Below are positions 17,585-31,130 of a DNA stretch of 64,000 nucleotides, in pieces (within the stretch, counting starts at the first letter, position 1; each line of letters opens with the position of its first letter). The notes beneath the pieces were generated by a model, which saw only the letters and a list, made by a program, of their open reading frames with translations, did no database searches and was not told the origin of the DNA. This DNA is from Octopus vulgaris (taxonomy: Eukaryota), in the NCBI GenBank assembly GCA_951406725.2, contig OX597830.1:20522001-20586000 (forward strand). Direction: 5' to 3'. Made by a program: the position numbers and the translations under genes.

Positions 17585-19358
17585 GTGTGTGTATGTACGT
17601 ATATATATATACGCTATATTAAGTCTCCGAGTGAGAGGTAAACAGTAACAGCACGGAATCGTAAAATATATTTTCCAACTAAATGTGGCGGTCCCATAGA
17701 GGACGATGTTACTGTTGTTTTTAGCTCTAGGAAGACATCTCCTATATTTTACGATAAATATATATATATATTGAATTTTGTCGGTAAGAGAAGATAGTTG
17801 TTTAAATTTAAATTTAAGATAATAAGGGTGACAAATTGACAATTAATTTGATTAATATCAATTTAAAACCAGTGGTCTAGCATATTAACGTAAGTTATAC
17901 ATATTTGCAAAGACGATCACACTGACGAGCTACGTACAATTACGTAAGTAAATACGTAAGTGGTAACAGCGAAATTAGTTTGTGATTAATCTATATTTTG
18001 TTTCTTTTCATTTCTCTTGCTCGCTTACGTTCTGGCGTTTGCTATAATTTTCTTGAGAACATTCCTTGCTTAGTGGTAAGACCATACCAGATCTACTTCT
18101 AGCATATGGATGTCCACGTAGTGGTCATCCCTCATATTTTTTTCTTTTTTTAGTTTCAGCTCAGAGCTGCGGCCATGCTGATGTATGTAATATAATTTTT
18201 TTTTTGTTTCTTCAGATTTTAATATGCTAGTCCACTGGTTTTAAATTGATATTAATCAAATTAATATTCAATTTGTGATTTTATTTTATTTTTATATTAT
18301 TATTTTATATTATTATTTTTAATTTATTTTAAATTATTATTTTAAATTTATATATATTGATAGCTAGTTACATGTATGTATGTAAGTATGTATGTATGTA
18401 AGTATGTATGTATGTATGTATGTATGTATGTATGTGAGTATGTATGTATGTATGTATGTATGTATGTGAGTATGTATGTATGTATGTATGTAAGTATGTA
18501 TGTATGTATGTGTGTATGTATGTATGTATGTATGTATGTATGTATGTATGGGCATGTGTGGTTTTGCATTTGTGGTTGTCCTCTCACTGCTTAATAACCG
18601 GTATTAGTTTGTTTGCATCACTATAACTCTACCTTTCGATAATTAAGGTCGATAGAATAAGTATCGGGCTTTATGGTCGCTGCCCAATAACTGAAACAAG
18701 TGAAAGGCGGTGATATACATTATTCTTGAATCATATCGAGTTTGAGTATTCCATCGGTAATTCAATAAACCTTGATTCTCTTGAGTCTGTGCTTACAGCC
18801 ATGAAGCCGCTTATAGCATCAAGCCGAGAGGGAGATAAATATTTAAATGAATTGTTTTATGTTTCTTCCGGAAGTGATTCCTAGGCTCAATCTTTAACCA
18901 AGGGAGATAATTAATACTGGTTATTTATATGGTTGATAGAGCCTCATTTGCATTTCCGCGTATGCTGTATTCACAGTTGTACTCACATACACACAAACAC
19001 ACACACAAACACACACACATGCATACATATACAATTCTGCTAGGAGCAAGCATTATACATACACGTGATTGAACATGAAAATTTACCAATTATTTTATAT
19101 CTATACCCTCGAGAATTTAAATGCGTGCATAAAGCAACCACGCATGCGCCAACTCGTAGCGATAAATATGCATTAAGGTTAACTATGCTTGCAACTATAT
19201 GACAAGGACGTATATACGTATATGTAAATACACTCACCGACATACAGACATACACACATACACACACGCATATACACACATGATTATCCCTACATAAATA
19301 TGTACGTATATGAAAACCGGTGGAATGTAACACTAAATATATAATATATATACATACA

Positions 19359-19422
<64 letters not shown>

Positions 19423-19528
19423 TACATATATATATACATACATACATCCATACACACATACATGCATATATATATATGTATATATATATACATATATATT
19501 AGCATGGTCGCAGCTCTGAGCTGAAGCT

Positions 19529-19572
<44 letters not shown>

Positions 19573-19590
19573 CATACATACATACATACA

Positions 19591-19626
<36 letters not shown>

Positions 19627-19706
19627 TACATATATATTAGCATGGCCGCAGCTCTGAGCGGAAACTACAGAATATATATATATATATATATATATACATA
19701 CACACA

Positions 19707-19816
<110 letters not shown>

Positions 19817-19874
19817 TTAAACAGACATGTTTAATTTTCGAAATCTTTTATTTGATATTAATTGGTTGAAAAAT

Positions 19875-20356
19875 AGGTTTTCTTCTAGCTGCTTGTCCAT
19901 AATACCCAAGCTTATGCAGATATGTAACACACGTTCTTGGACTAACTTCTAGCTGTTTTGCAATGTCGGAAGCCTTCGAACGGGGTTCGTTTGCCACAAT
20001 TCTCTTCAAACAGCGAAGCTTCCTTTCCGAAGGCCCAGGTCGGCCAGGATGAGAATCTGTTCATTCTTTTCCTTGGCTTTTGAATTGCACTATCATTCTA
20101 TTAACTGTAGCAAGAGGAATTTGAAATTTTCGGCAATTTTTCGCTGACTCAGATTGCCCAACAATACGACCCCTTTGAAAATCTGACAGTTCTGCTGAAC
20201 TTTTTGTCCTTGGCATGGTTACTATAATGTTTAATATAATGGCACCTGGAATGAAAAAGAATAATTCATTGTAAATTCCACACCGCTGTAAACATTAAAA
20301 CGCCTATATCAGAAATTTTGAAAATTAAAGGTGTCTATTTACTTCCTGCATGTCTG
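19875..20356 (-). mobile_element. Tc1-like transposon 5' fragment
   Basis: ATG at 20216 gives [20 protein letters not shown]; after a frameshift ...PGRPG...LGYYGQAARRKP. TIR-like cagacatgcaggaagtaaatagacacc. Confidence 0.8.
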
Positions 20357-20382
20357 TTTACATATATATGTGTATATATATT

Positions 20383-20745
20383 AGATGGCACTCTGTCGGT
20401 TTCGACGTCGAGGGTACCAGCTGATCCGATCAACGGAAAAGCCTGCTCGTGAAATTAACGTGCAAGTGGCTGAAGACTCCGCAGACATGTGTACCCTTAA
20501 CGTAGTTTTCGGGAGAGATTCGCCGTGACACAAAGTGTGACAAAGCTGGCCCTTTGAAAAACAGGAAGAAAGAGTGAAGACAAAAGTTGTTGTACAGCAG
20601 GGTTCGCCACGACCTCCTGTCGGAGCCTCGTTGAGCTTTAGGTGTTTTCGCTGAATAAACACTCACAGCACCCGGTCTGGGAATCGAAACCGCGATCCTA
20701 CGACCATGAGTCCTCTGCCCTAGCCACTGAGTCATTGCGACTTCA
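20383..20745 (-). mobile_element. SINE: head C + body X
   Basis: Head with ggtttcgattcccagaccggg; the body is shared with 35836-36010. Confidence 0.75.
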
Positions 20746-20827
20746 CGCACACATGTATATATATATATATACATATATATATAAATATAAATGAATAAAT
20801 ATATATATATGTTTGTGTGTGTGTATA

Positions 20828-20881
<54 letters not shown>

Positions 20882-20882
<1 letters not shown>

Positions 20883-21089
20883 CTCTTACTCTTTTACTTG
20901 TTTCAGTCATTTGACTGCGGCCATGCTGGAGCGCCGCCTTTAGTCGACCAAATCGACCCCGGGACTTATTGTTTGTAAGCCCAGTACTTATTCTATCGGT
21001 CTCTATTGCCGAACCGCTAAGTGACGAGGACGTAAACACACCAGCATCGGTTGTCAAGCAATACTAGAGGGACAAACACAGACACACAA

Positions 21090-21150
<61 letters not shown>

Positions 21151-21316
21151 TACGACAGGCTTCTTTCAGTTTCCGTCTACCAAATCCACTCACAAAGCGT
21201 TGGTCGGCCCGGGGCTATAGCAGAAGACACTTACCCAAGATGCCACGCAGTGGGACTGAACCCGGAACCATGTGCTTGGTTAGCAAGCTACTTACCACAC
21301 AGCCACTCCTGCGCCT
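20882..21316 (-). mobile_element. SINE family A, full length
   Basis: Reverse-complement homology to the other copies, including the tail. Confidence 0.9.
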
Positions 21317-21793
21317 GTATAAATTAATATACACATAGAACATCCAAGATTTTCGCCAGTGCGGAGTCTGAATTATGACGAAATTCTGAGTCTGGCGATC
21401 CACCGACGTTCTGAGCGAATCCCAGTGTTTTTGACACCAGAAGTTCTTTTTGAGAAGTTTGTTTGAAGTGGAATATTACTGCTAGTGGCGTTCTACTTTT
21501 GCATGTGCATCATAAATGATTTCCAGTCACAATAAGAATAATATCAGGAACACATCTACCAAAGATCCTGTAATTGCGTACGCAATATTTTTATCATATA
21601 ATATAACATCGAGAGACAAACGAAAGGTTTTAAATTTAGTGACGTTTGTTTCGTAGGGAAATTTATTTAATGTACTCTTAATACAATATCGTGAAATATA
21701 TTACACATAATACCTGATCTGTGTAATTCCCTCTAGCCAATTAGCGGTGTACTACAAGTTGGTATGCCTTGATTCTTTATGAAACTTACCAAA

Positions 21794-21841
<48 letters not shown>

Positions 21842-22413
21842 ACGTATTACAGTTACATAATTATGTATTCTTTGGCGATCCTACTGACGAACTAGAGACA
21901 CCAAATTAATTCGTTTGCTCATTAATAGCGAAACTCGAGTATAAGGTTAACTAATTATTTTATTCACTCTATCGCCAATTAGCACAGTGCCTTAAGAATT
22001 CCTTTTTTCGTGGTTTGGATTTAACTGCCCTTTTTAGCATGTAAGAAGTCCTGTCAAGAGTCTTCTCTCCTTGTATAAATTTTTATACATACACACATAT
22101 ACCAGTACATAAAGACTCACATACAGGCACACATTCTTAAACAAACACAAACACACACATGTGCGCAAATGTATTCGAGGAGCCAACTCGGAATCTAGAA
22201 GATGGTCGCTGGAGGTGCTAGAAATAGAAGCCACATATTCATCACATCGCATGCTCTTCAATTTGAAAGAAATTGATGGTTATGTTGAGCAATGAAATTT
22301 GAAAAATAGGAAAAGATGGAATGGTCACGGCTAGAATGCTTTTGATCCATGTCTGCTTATTTGAAATTTATCGGGGACGAAATGACACAGACATAAACAT
22401 CAGTCAATCTATC

Positions 22414-23516
22414 GCGAGTGTCGCGTTGCTCTCAAGCAACTCTGCCGTCCGGGTCGACCTTGAGTAACTCTAACACAACCCAAGCATTCTATAGGGGATT
22501 AGTGGATGGGAGGTACGATGACGAGATCGGGGAGAACCTGGACGTCGACGAGGAATACCTGACCCGCCTGTTCGGGACGAATTTCGGGCCAGGGCCCATG
22601 GACAACTTCCAGAGATCCCTGGCCTGGCAGTAATACCGAGAAGCGCTACCCGTTCGGGATAAGCTCTACAGACACGGCTCGAGAAACACGGGGCCGACCT
22701 GCCCGAGATGCGGTCAGAGCAATGAAACCGTTCTGCACGCACTCGTGCAGTGTCCAACAATTTCCGACCTGTGGGCTTATGTCGAACGACTGCTGTCACG
22801 TGTGGGACGAGTCGGTTTATCAGCTGAGTCTATCGTCAATATTGTCACGCCTCCTTCCTTCAAACGGGAAGGAAGAGCTATTTTCATCATCCTTGTGGCT
22901 ATGGCGAAAGAATGTATCTGGTGGACGCGTCTGAAAGGATTGGAGACAACCACTTTCCTCTCTGGTCAATCTCTCATCAACTTCTTCAAGTACCACTTGA
23001 AAAGGAAAGTGAGAGTAGAGAGGCAAGTTTTGTCTAGCGAATGTTTTAAAAAAGATGGGTAAATGTAGCAAGGATGGCACGTATGAATGACGAAGCCACC
23101 TTGAGCATAATCCTATGAACCCAGGAATTGAAAATAGAGGGTTACCCACTTGCAAACAAATGTGGTAACATGTAACAATATTGACCGAGGTTACCGTGGT
23201 CTTTTCCGTAGGCTTTTCTTCCCACGGATAAACCTTATCTGCTTCCCCCTTTACACCGTACACCATGACACTGTGATACACGATCCCTATTGATCGTTTT
23301 TTTTCTTTTTCCCCTTTTTTCCTTTCTTTTCTCCTTTTTTCTTCTTTCTTTTCTTTTGTTTATTTTCCATTTTTTTCTTTTTTTTCTTCTTTCCCCTTTA
23401 CGATCCCTTTTGATCGAAAAGCTACGCCACTTTTTATTTTCTTTCCAAAAAAAGAAAAGCTCTACTTTGTAATCTGTCCCGTCTGTGTGCAGCCCTGTGT
23501 GGCTAATAAAGAAACA
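22414..23516 (+). mobile_element. 5'-truncated L1/Tx1-clade LINE: ORF2 C-terminus with zf-RVT-type CCHC motif plus 3' UTR
   Basis: One frame from 22418, with a stop at 22631, reads ...FQRSLAWQ*YREALPVRDKLYRHG..TCPRCGQSNETVLHALVQC..LW..V...AKECIWWTR. Pyrimidine-rich UTR, AATAAA at 23505, then (TATC)n. Confidence 0.85.
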
Positions 23517-23589
<73 letters not shown>

Positions 23590-23624
23590 GTCTGTCTGTC
23601 TATCTGTCTATTTATCTATCTGTG

Positions 23625-23706
<82 letters not shown>

Positions 23707-23758
23707 TCTATCTGTCTGTCTATCTATCTATCTATCTATCTGTCTAATCTATCTTTCG

Positions 23759-23854
<96 letters not shown>

Positions 23855-24443
23855 TACCAGCTTATGATTTTACAAGCCATGAGCATATAAGTCATTGGAC
23901 AGGCAAGCTGACTCACCTTCAGCCATGCGGGTGGGTGGCGGTGATAAGTCACAAAAATGGCGAAATATCTATGCCCATCCCTCCCAGATGGGATTGGGGG
24001 TGAGTTATCTCACTTGTCCATGACTCTAAGGTATTTTAACACCGACGACATGAGAGATATATACTCCGCTACGCCATTGCAGCCACCAGAAAATACACAA
24101 AGCATATATATTAGTATATGTATTTAACAATATATATATATATATATGCATGTAAGTATCTGTCTGTCTCTCTGTCTGTCTATCAATCTATCTAAACGGG
24201 TTTTGTGTGTTTTAAAAGTTATGTAACAAACATCGTTTTGTTATGAAACATATGTAGTTTTTATTTACCATTTTGATTCTTTACTTAGATATCAAGCATC
24301 AACAACTACAATAAGAGCAACAGCAACAACACAGAGAATAATAAAACGACAACAGCGGTAACACAAGCAACATCAACAAGAACAACAGCAATGAAATCAA
24401 CAAAGTCGCCTACAAAAACAAAAACAACAGCAATAATTATAAT

Positions 24444-24656
24444 TTTTCTTTCATAGCACAAGACCTGAAATTTTGGGGGTTGGGCCTGGTCGATTACATT
24501 CACCCCGGTGCTCAGCTGTTACTTATTTGATCGGCCCCGAAAATATGAAAGGCAAAGCTGAGTTCTGCCGAATTTGAACTTAGAACATAAAGACGGGAGA
24601 AATGCTGCTAAGCATTTTGTCCGGCAGGCTAACGATTCAGCCAGCTCGCCACCTTA
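24444..24656 (-). mobile_element. SINE family B, diverged
   Basis: Reverse complement begins aaggtggcgagctggctgaatcgttag. Confidence 0.75.
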
Positions 24657-25068
24657 ACAACATTAGCAAGAAAAAGTAACATTACACCAACGAACCAACG
24701 CTGGGATTCTCTCAATGAGGGAGCGGGGGCACATGACCTGTTAGAAAGAGCAACTAAATCTCCCCCAAAAGCTTCATTAATTCAAACAAAGAAACCATGG
24801 GATAATGAAGTGCTGGATATCTTTAAAATACAGCGTGATCACAGCTGGAATGCATTTCGACTGTTCGAAGCCGCTTAATCACGACCTACCTGGGGCTAAA
24901 CAACACCAGGTACAAATGATCAGTTGCAAACGTCCCCATGTGATTGTGTATATATATATATACATACATATCTTACTATATGTTGATGTGCGTGTGTATG
25001 AATGTATATAATTCCGTTTGCATGTGTGATTATATATCATGCATATATATATATATATATATATATAC

Positions 25069-25130
<62 letters not shown>

Positions 25131-25941
25131 CATCAACAAGAAGAAGAAGAAGAAGAAGAAGAAGAAGAAGAAGAAGAAGAAGAAGAAGAAGAAGAAGAAG
25201 AAGAAGAAGAAGAAGAAGAAGAAGAAGAAGAAGAAGAATGATAATAGGGAATATGATTCCAAACTTACAGGGAAAAATTCAATTTAGTAATACTAAATCA
25301 AATTTCACAATATATGATATTGTGAAGTTTGATTTAGTATTACTAAATCGAAAAGGTAAATAAAAATTGCTACATGGTGGTTCTTCTCTATTTTATACAC
25401 ATATATTATATATATAAATATATATATATCAAACATGTATACACGCACACACACTCACACACACATATACACGTATATATACATATTTGTTCATCCATAC
25501 ATGTGTGTGTATGCATGCATACTTCTACATGTAAATGTGTATGTATGTATATTTCCATGTGTGTTTGCACGTGTATATATGTATATGTGTGTATATGATT
25601 GCACGTGTGCGTATATATATGTGTGAAACGGTGTGTACAGAGAGGCCTTAATCAATAGACTTCGATTATCATCTGAGGTAAAACAGCTAATTGACCGATC
25701 GGGTCGTCACGGGTTCAATCGACCGTTACGCTTGATAAGCTCCGTTAACAAGCTACAGACAAGTGATAACGCGATTCACACACACAAACACACACAACAC
25801 ACACATGTACACACACACGCACACATACACACGCGCACGCACACACGCATACACTGATACAGACACATCGAAAGGCACACATCCAATAATAAACACGCGC
25901 GCACAAAATGCACAGATACGCATATACATACATACATATAT

Positions 25942-26035
<94 letters not shown>

Positions 26036-26768
26036 TTATATATAATATATAATATATATATATATATATATACACATATATACAATGATACATAAATATG
26101 CCCATAAAAATACACATACACGCGCATACGTATATACATTAGTATAGAGAAAACTTTAGTATAGACAAAACTACACGCACTGACACGTAAGCGCGATAAT
26201 ATATATAAAGACAAATAGAGAAGTATTAACATATGTACAAATATATAAATACACACACAGACCTGCGCGCACACACACACACACACACACACATGCACAC
26301 ACATGGGCACACACATACACATACATGCATATACACACATTCATACATATTCAAATACACAGCTACTCACCTACGTACTTTGACATACACGCAGACTCAG
26401 ATACAACGAAATATATATATATGTGTGTATGTGTGTATGTGTGTGTGTGTATACACACACATACATGCATACATAGACACGGATCGTGCGTACACACGCG
26501 CGCGCGCGCACACACGAGCCCTCACATAGACAGAGCACTTGTAATACACACGCATATGCATACATATTGATTTACATACGGCGTTAAGGTCTGTGTCTGC
26601 TTGTGTGCGTGTGTGTGTGCGTATGCGTGTGTGCATGTGTGTGTACGTATGCGTGTGTGCGTGTGTGTATGTGTGTGTGTGTCTGTGTATATTGACGTAC
26701 AAGTGAATACATACATATATATCCATATAATATATGTGTATATATTTGTATATATGTGTGTATACATT

Positions 26769-26823
<55 letters not shown>

Positions 26824-26999
26824 TATATATAAATATATACATATATTCATATATATATATATATATATGTAGTATTTATGTATATATGTACATATATATA
26901 TATATATATAGTGTATATAAATATATACATATATTCTTATATATATACATGTAGTATTTATGTATATATACATATATATATATACATTTACACACACAC

Positions 27000-27031
<32 letters not shown>

Positions 27032-27089
27032 TATATAGACATATATATGTATGCATATATGTAAGTATGAATTAATATATAAATTTATG

Positions 27090-27128
<39 letters not shown>

Positions 27129-27146
27129 TAACACATGTACATATGA

Positions 27147-27203
<57 letters not shown>

Positions 27204-27242
27204 CACTAACACATGTACATATAAATATATATATATATATAT

Positions 27243-27302
<60 letters not shown>

Positions 27303-27495
27303 TTATAAATATATGTATATATATATTTATATTATTTACACAAACGCACATACGCTCGCGAAAGATCATTGAAACTCTCAAAGGAACCTACAGTCAAACA
27401 TACATTTAAATAAACACCTATACACACACACACTTACATAAATACACACATACACACACATGCACACATACACACACACACACATACATACGCAC

Positions 27496-27593
27496 CTCGC
27501 CAATCAGGTCGCCATTTGCAGTGAAGTAGTGAGGTGGGAGGTTTCTGTCTCTTGTGAGATCTGCTTCCGGTAGGTCGGCTTGAATCTTATCAC
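27496..27593 (-). CDS. Candidate internal host exon (98 nt; phase 1 to phase 0): (G)DKIQADLPEADLTRDRNLPPHYFTANGDLIGE; protein not recognised
   Basis: Complex island between microsatellites, open frame, acceptor tctctgtatacag| and donor GAG|gtgcgt. Confidence 0.5.
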
Positions 27594-27633
27594 CTGTATA
27601 CAGAGACATCTTGCTGGACTGGGAAGGTGTGTA

Positions 27634-27700
<67 letters not shown>

Positions 27701-28030
27701 ATGTGTTTGTGTGTATTGTGTGTATGTATTGTGTGTATGTGTGTGTTGTATGTGAGAGTGTGAGCATACTTTTATGCGTGAGTGTTGTGTGCATTATGAG
27801 TGTGTTTCTGTGAATTTGTGTGTATGTATGTGTTAATCTTTGAGTGTGTTTAGTAATGTTCGTATATGCTGATTATGTACAATGTATGCTGGTTTTAGTG
27901 TGTAGGGAGTTATGAGATGCATGATGCATATGTATAAGTGTGTGTATACACACACACACACACACACACATATATACACTCACATATCATATATATATAT
28001 ACTAAACATACATATACACAAATATATATA

Positions 28031-28247
28031 TACTTTTACTCTTTTACTTGTTTCAGTCATTTTACTGTGGTCATACTGGAGCACCGACTTTAGTCGAGCA
28101 CATCGACCCCAGGACTTATTCTTTGTAAGCCTAGTACTTATTCTATCGGTCTCTTTTGCCGAACCGCTATATTACAGGAACGTAAACACACCAGCATCGG
28201 TTGTCAAGCGATGTTGGAGGGACAAACACAGACACACAAACACATAC

Positions 28248-28281
<34 letters not shown>

Positions 28282-28444
28282 GACGGGCTTCTTTCAGTTT
28301 CCGTCTACCAAATCCACTCACAAGGCTTTGGTCGGCCCAAGGCTTTAGTAGAAGACACTTGCCCAAAGTGCCATGCAGTGGGACTAAACCCGGAACCATG
28401 TGGTTGGTAAGCAAGCTACTTACCACACAGCCACTCCTGCGCCT
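28031..28444 (-). mobile_element. SINE family A, full length
   Basis: Homologous to 20882-21316. Confidence 0.9.
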
Positions 28445-28473
28445 ATAAATATATATATGTGTGTTTTTATACA

Positions 28474-29005
28474 TACAAGGTGCTTTCCAGACGTTTTGAG
28501 ACTTTTTCATGAGAGCCATTAAATCATTTCAGCGGACAGTGACTTCATCATCTCCTTCAGGCACAGGAAGCAAGGCCTGGACTCAAGGGAGGGGGAAGGA
28601 TACTTTTGATGCCCATCTTTATCAAGTAGTTGGTTACCAGTTTGGAAATGTGACCAGGTGCATTATCTTGGTACTAGTAATCTCACCTTTTGCGACGAAA
28701 TCTCTTCCTAAGCTCCCTCGAAACAACCAAAAATTATTCACCACAGGTGAGGCAGTCAGTGTATGTAGATGATATCCTTGCTGTCCAAAAAGGCGATCCT
28801 CATGACCTTCCCTGAGGATTTGCTTTGCCTGACCTCTTGTTCGGCTCATAGAAGTTAATCCATAACCACTTTGGAGCGTTTTATATGATTCAGAGACATG
28901 TTTGCCCAGTTCAACATAGAACGTCACTGCATAACGAGTTTCCAGGCTATCTTCATTATGCCGGCTGCATTCTGCAAACTAGATCTTTTTAACTATACCC
29001 TAAAT
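28474..29005 (-). mobile_element. Internally deleted mariner relic
   Basis: Minus strand reads FYVELGKHVSESYKTLQSGYGLTSMSRTR (HTH region), YQDNAPGH and ILPPPLSPGLASC (degenerate HPPYSPDLAPCD). Confidence 0.7.
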
Positions 29006-29099
29006 ATACCCTTGTGTGTATGTGTGTGTATGTATACATATGTATATGTACATATATATAATATATTATATATTATATATTAACGTTTCCTCTCACACC

Positions 29100-29154
29100 G
29101 TCTCCGATGAAGGGATATTATTATTAATTAATATTCTAGAAACAGCTGTAAGAC
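29100..29154 (+). ncRNA. Minimal type I hammerhead ribozyme motif (Penelope type), second family
   Basis: gtct-CCGATGA-a-gggatatt/aatattct-a-GAAA-cagctgt-A-agac. Stem I gtct/agac and palindromic stem III ACAGCTGT. Confidence 0.6.
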
Positions 29155-29242
29155 CTTCTATCTATAAATGCTCTAATATCTGTACAGCCTTGGGTTTTTT
29201 TTTATCTCATTACGCAAAAAACTAATGTATAATATATACATA

Positions 29243-29460
29243 GGAGCAATGGCCTAGTGGTTAGGGCAGCGGACTTGCGGTCGGAGGATCGCGGTTTCGA
29301 TTCCCAGACCGGGCGTTGTGTGTGTTTATTGAGCGAAAAAAACACCTAAAAGCTCCACGAGGCTCCGGCGGGATGTGGTGATCCCTGCTGTACTCTTTCA
29401 CCACTCTAAAGGCGGTGCTCCAGCATGGCCGCATTCAAATGCCTTAAACCATTAAAAAAA
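29243..29460 (+). mobile_element. SINE: head C + family-A tail
   Basis: tggcctagtggttaggg..ggtttcgattccc, followed by taaaggcggtgctccagcatggccgca. Confidence 0.75.
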
Positions 29461-29488
29461 CAAAAAAAAAAAAAAAAAAAAAAAATAT

Positions 29489-29569
<81 letters not shown>

Positions 29570-29604
29570 TTAATTGTATATATATATATAATATAGATAT
29601 AGAA

Positions 29605-29635
<31 letters not shown>

Positions 29636-29676
29636 CGAAGAGAGAGAAATAGATTGATAGATTTAGACAGACATAT

Positions 29677-29712
29677 ATGTTTCTTTATTAGCCACACAGG
29701 GCTGGACACAGA
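29677..29712 (-). mobile_element. About 36-bp extreme 3' end of the same LINE
   Basis: Reverse complement tctgtgtccagccctgtgtggctaataaagaaacat; flanked by GATA-type repeats. Confidence 0.75.
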
Positions 29713-29771
29713 GATAGATAGATAGATACATACATACATACATACATACATACATACATACATACATACAT

Positions 29772-29802
<31 letters not shown>

Positions 29803-29949
29803 GGTAGGTATTAGGTAGGTAGGTAGGTAGTAGGTAGGTAGGTAGGTAGGTAGGTAGGTAGGTAGGTAGGTAGGTAGGTAGGTAGGTAGGTAGGTAGGTA
29901 GGTAGGTAGGTAGGTAGATAAGTAAGACAGACAGACAGACAGACAGATC

Positions 29950-30017
<68 letters not shown>

Positions 30018-30018
<1 letters not shown>

Positions 30019-30174
30019 GTTTCTTTATTGGCCACACAGGGCTGCACACAGATGGGACAAGTTACAAGGTAGAGCTTTTCTTTTGGGGGAGAAAAAAAAG
30101 ATGGCGTAGGTTTTCGATCAAAAGGGATCGTAAAAGGGAAAAAAGAACAAAAGAAAGAAAAAGAAAAAGGAAAA
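30018..30174 (-). mobile_element. 3' end fragment of the same L1/Tx1-like LINE, inside (GATA)n
   Basis: Reverse complement matches about 23360-23516 (cgatcccttttgatcg...gcagccctgtgtggccaataaagaaac). Confidence 0.85.
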
Positions 30175-30270
30175 GATAGATAGATAGATAGATAGATAAG
30201 TTGATAGATTTACATACATAGATTCATACATGCATACATACATACATACATACATACATACATACATACA

Positions 30271-30304
<34 letters not shown>

Positions 30305-30601
30305 GATACATACATTCATACATATTCTGTGGCCTACAATTACTGCGTAAGTTATGAGAAGTTATATATACAGTGTCAAATCTATATAATTTGAATTTGA
30401 CTGTGAAATTAAACCCCACGAGGACGTTTTTGCTAGTTCGAAATGGAACTGTAAGAGTTGCCTTTCTTTGTCCTTGCAACTCATCTGCCTTCGCTTAACT
30501 TTTCCTCCTGAGGCGAGAGGGAAAGTGGCGGAAAATTTCTTATTAAATATGTAACAAAAGACCGAGTCAGATAAACCTATACGTGTGGGAGAGAGAGAGA
30601 G

Positions 30602-30645
<44 letters not shown>

Positions 30646-30745
30646 TGTGTGTGTGTGTGTGTGTTTTACAATAATAATGTGTTACAATAACATTGTCGTG
30701 TGAAAACCATTTCAAAAATAACAACTCAAAACGCAAGACTGTATA

Positions 30746-31130
30746 TCTCTCTCTATATAAACGGCAGTTTGTCTGTGTGTGTTTCTGTGTGTCTGTTTGG
30801 TTGTACCCTCACCCTGACCATGGCTTTCAACCGATTCTGATGAAACTTGACACACACATAGCCCAATGTCATAATTCAAAACTAACGCAGCGAAAATTTT
30901 GAAATGTTCCCCCAGTTCTGAAAAAAATCGATAAATTCGACATGGGGTCGAGAATCAGAAACACAAACCACAGACTGTCTAGGGGACGCAACTCGACCTT
31001 TTTAACTCTCAAAAAAAAATTTACCATCATTTTTTTCCCATTTTTTTGCTATTTTTTGGCTATAACTCTCTAAAAATGCTTTATAGTTATTTCCCTTACA
31101 AACCTGAGCAACGCCGGGCGATACTGCTAG
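30746..31130 (+). mobile_element. Non-autonomous Helitron (385 bp) of the same family as 41491-47631
   Basis: A|TC start. First ~250 bp are nearly identical to the autonomous 5' end. 3' end cttacaaacctgagcaacgccgggcgatactgCTAG|T resembles the autonomous cttacatacccgggcaacgccgggctatgctgCTAG|T. Confidence 0.93.

Noticed and set aside
22180-22390. Old SINE-like fragments (also about 24710-24910, 35000-35175 and 54890-55070)
   Set aside because: Mutual similarity is visible but too decayed to set boundaries or family by eye.
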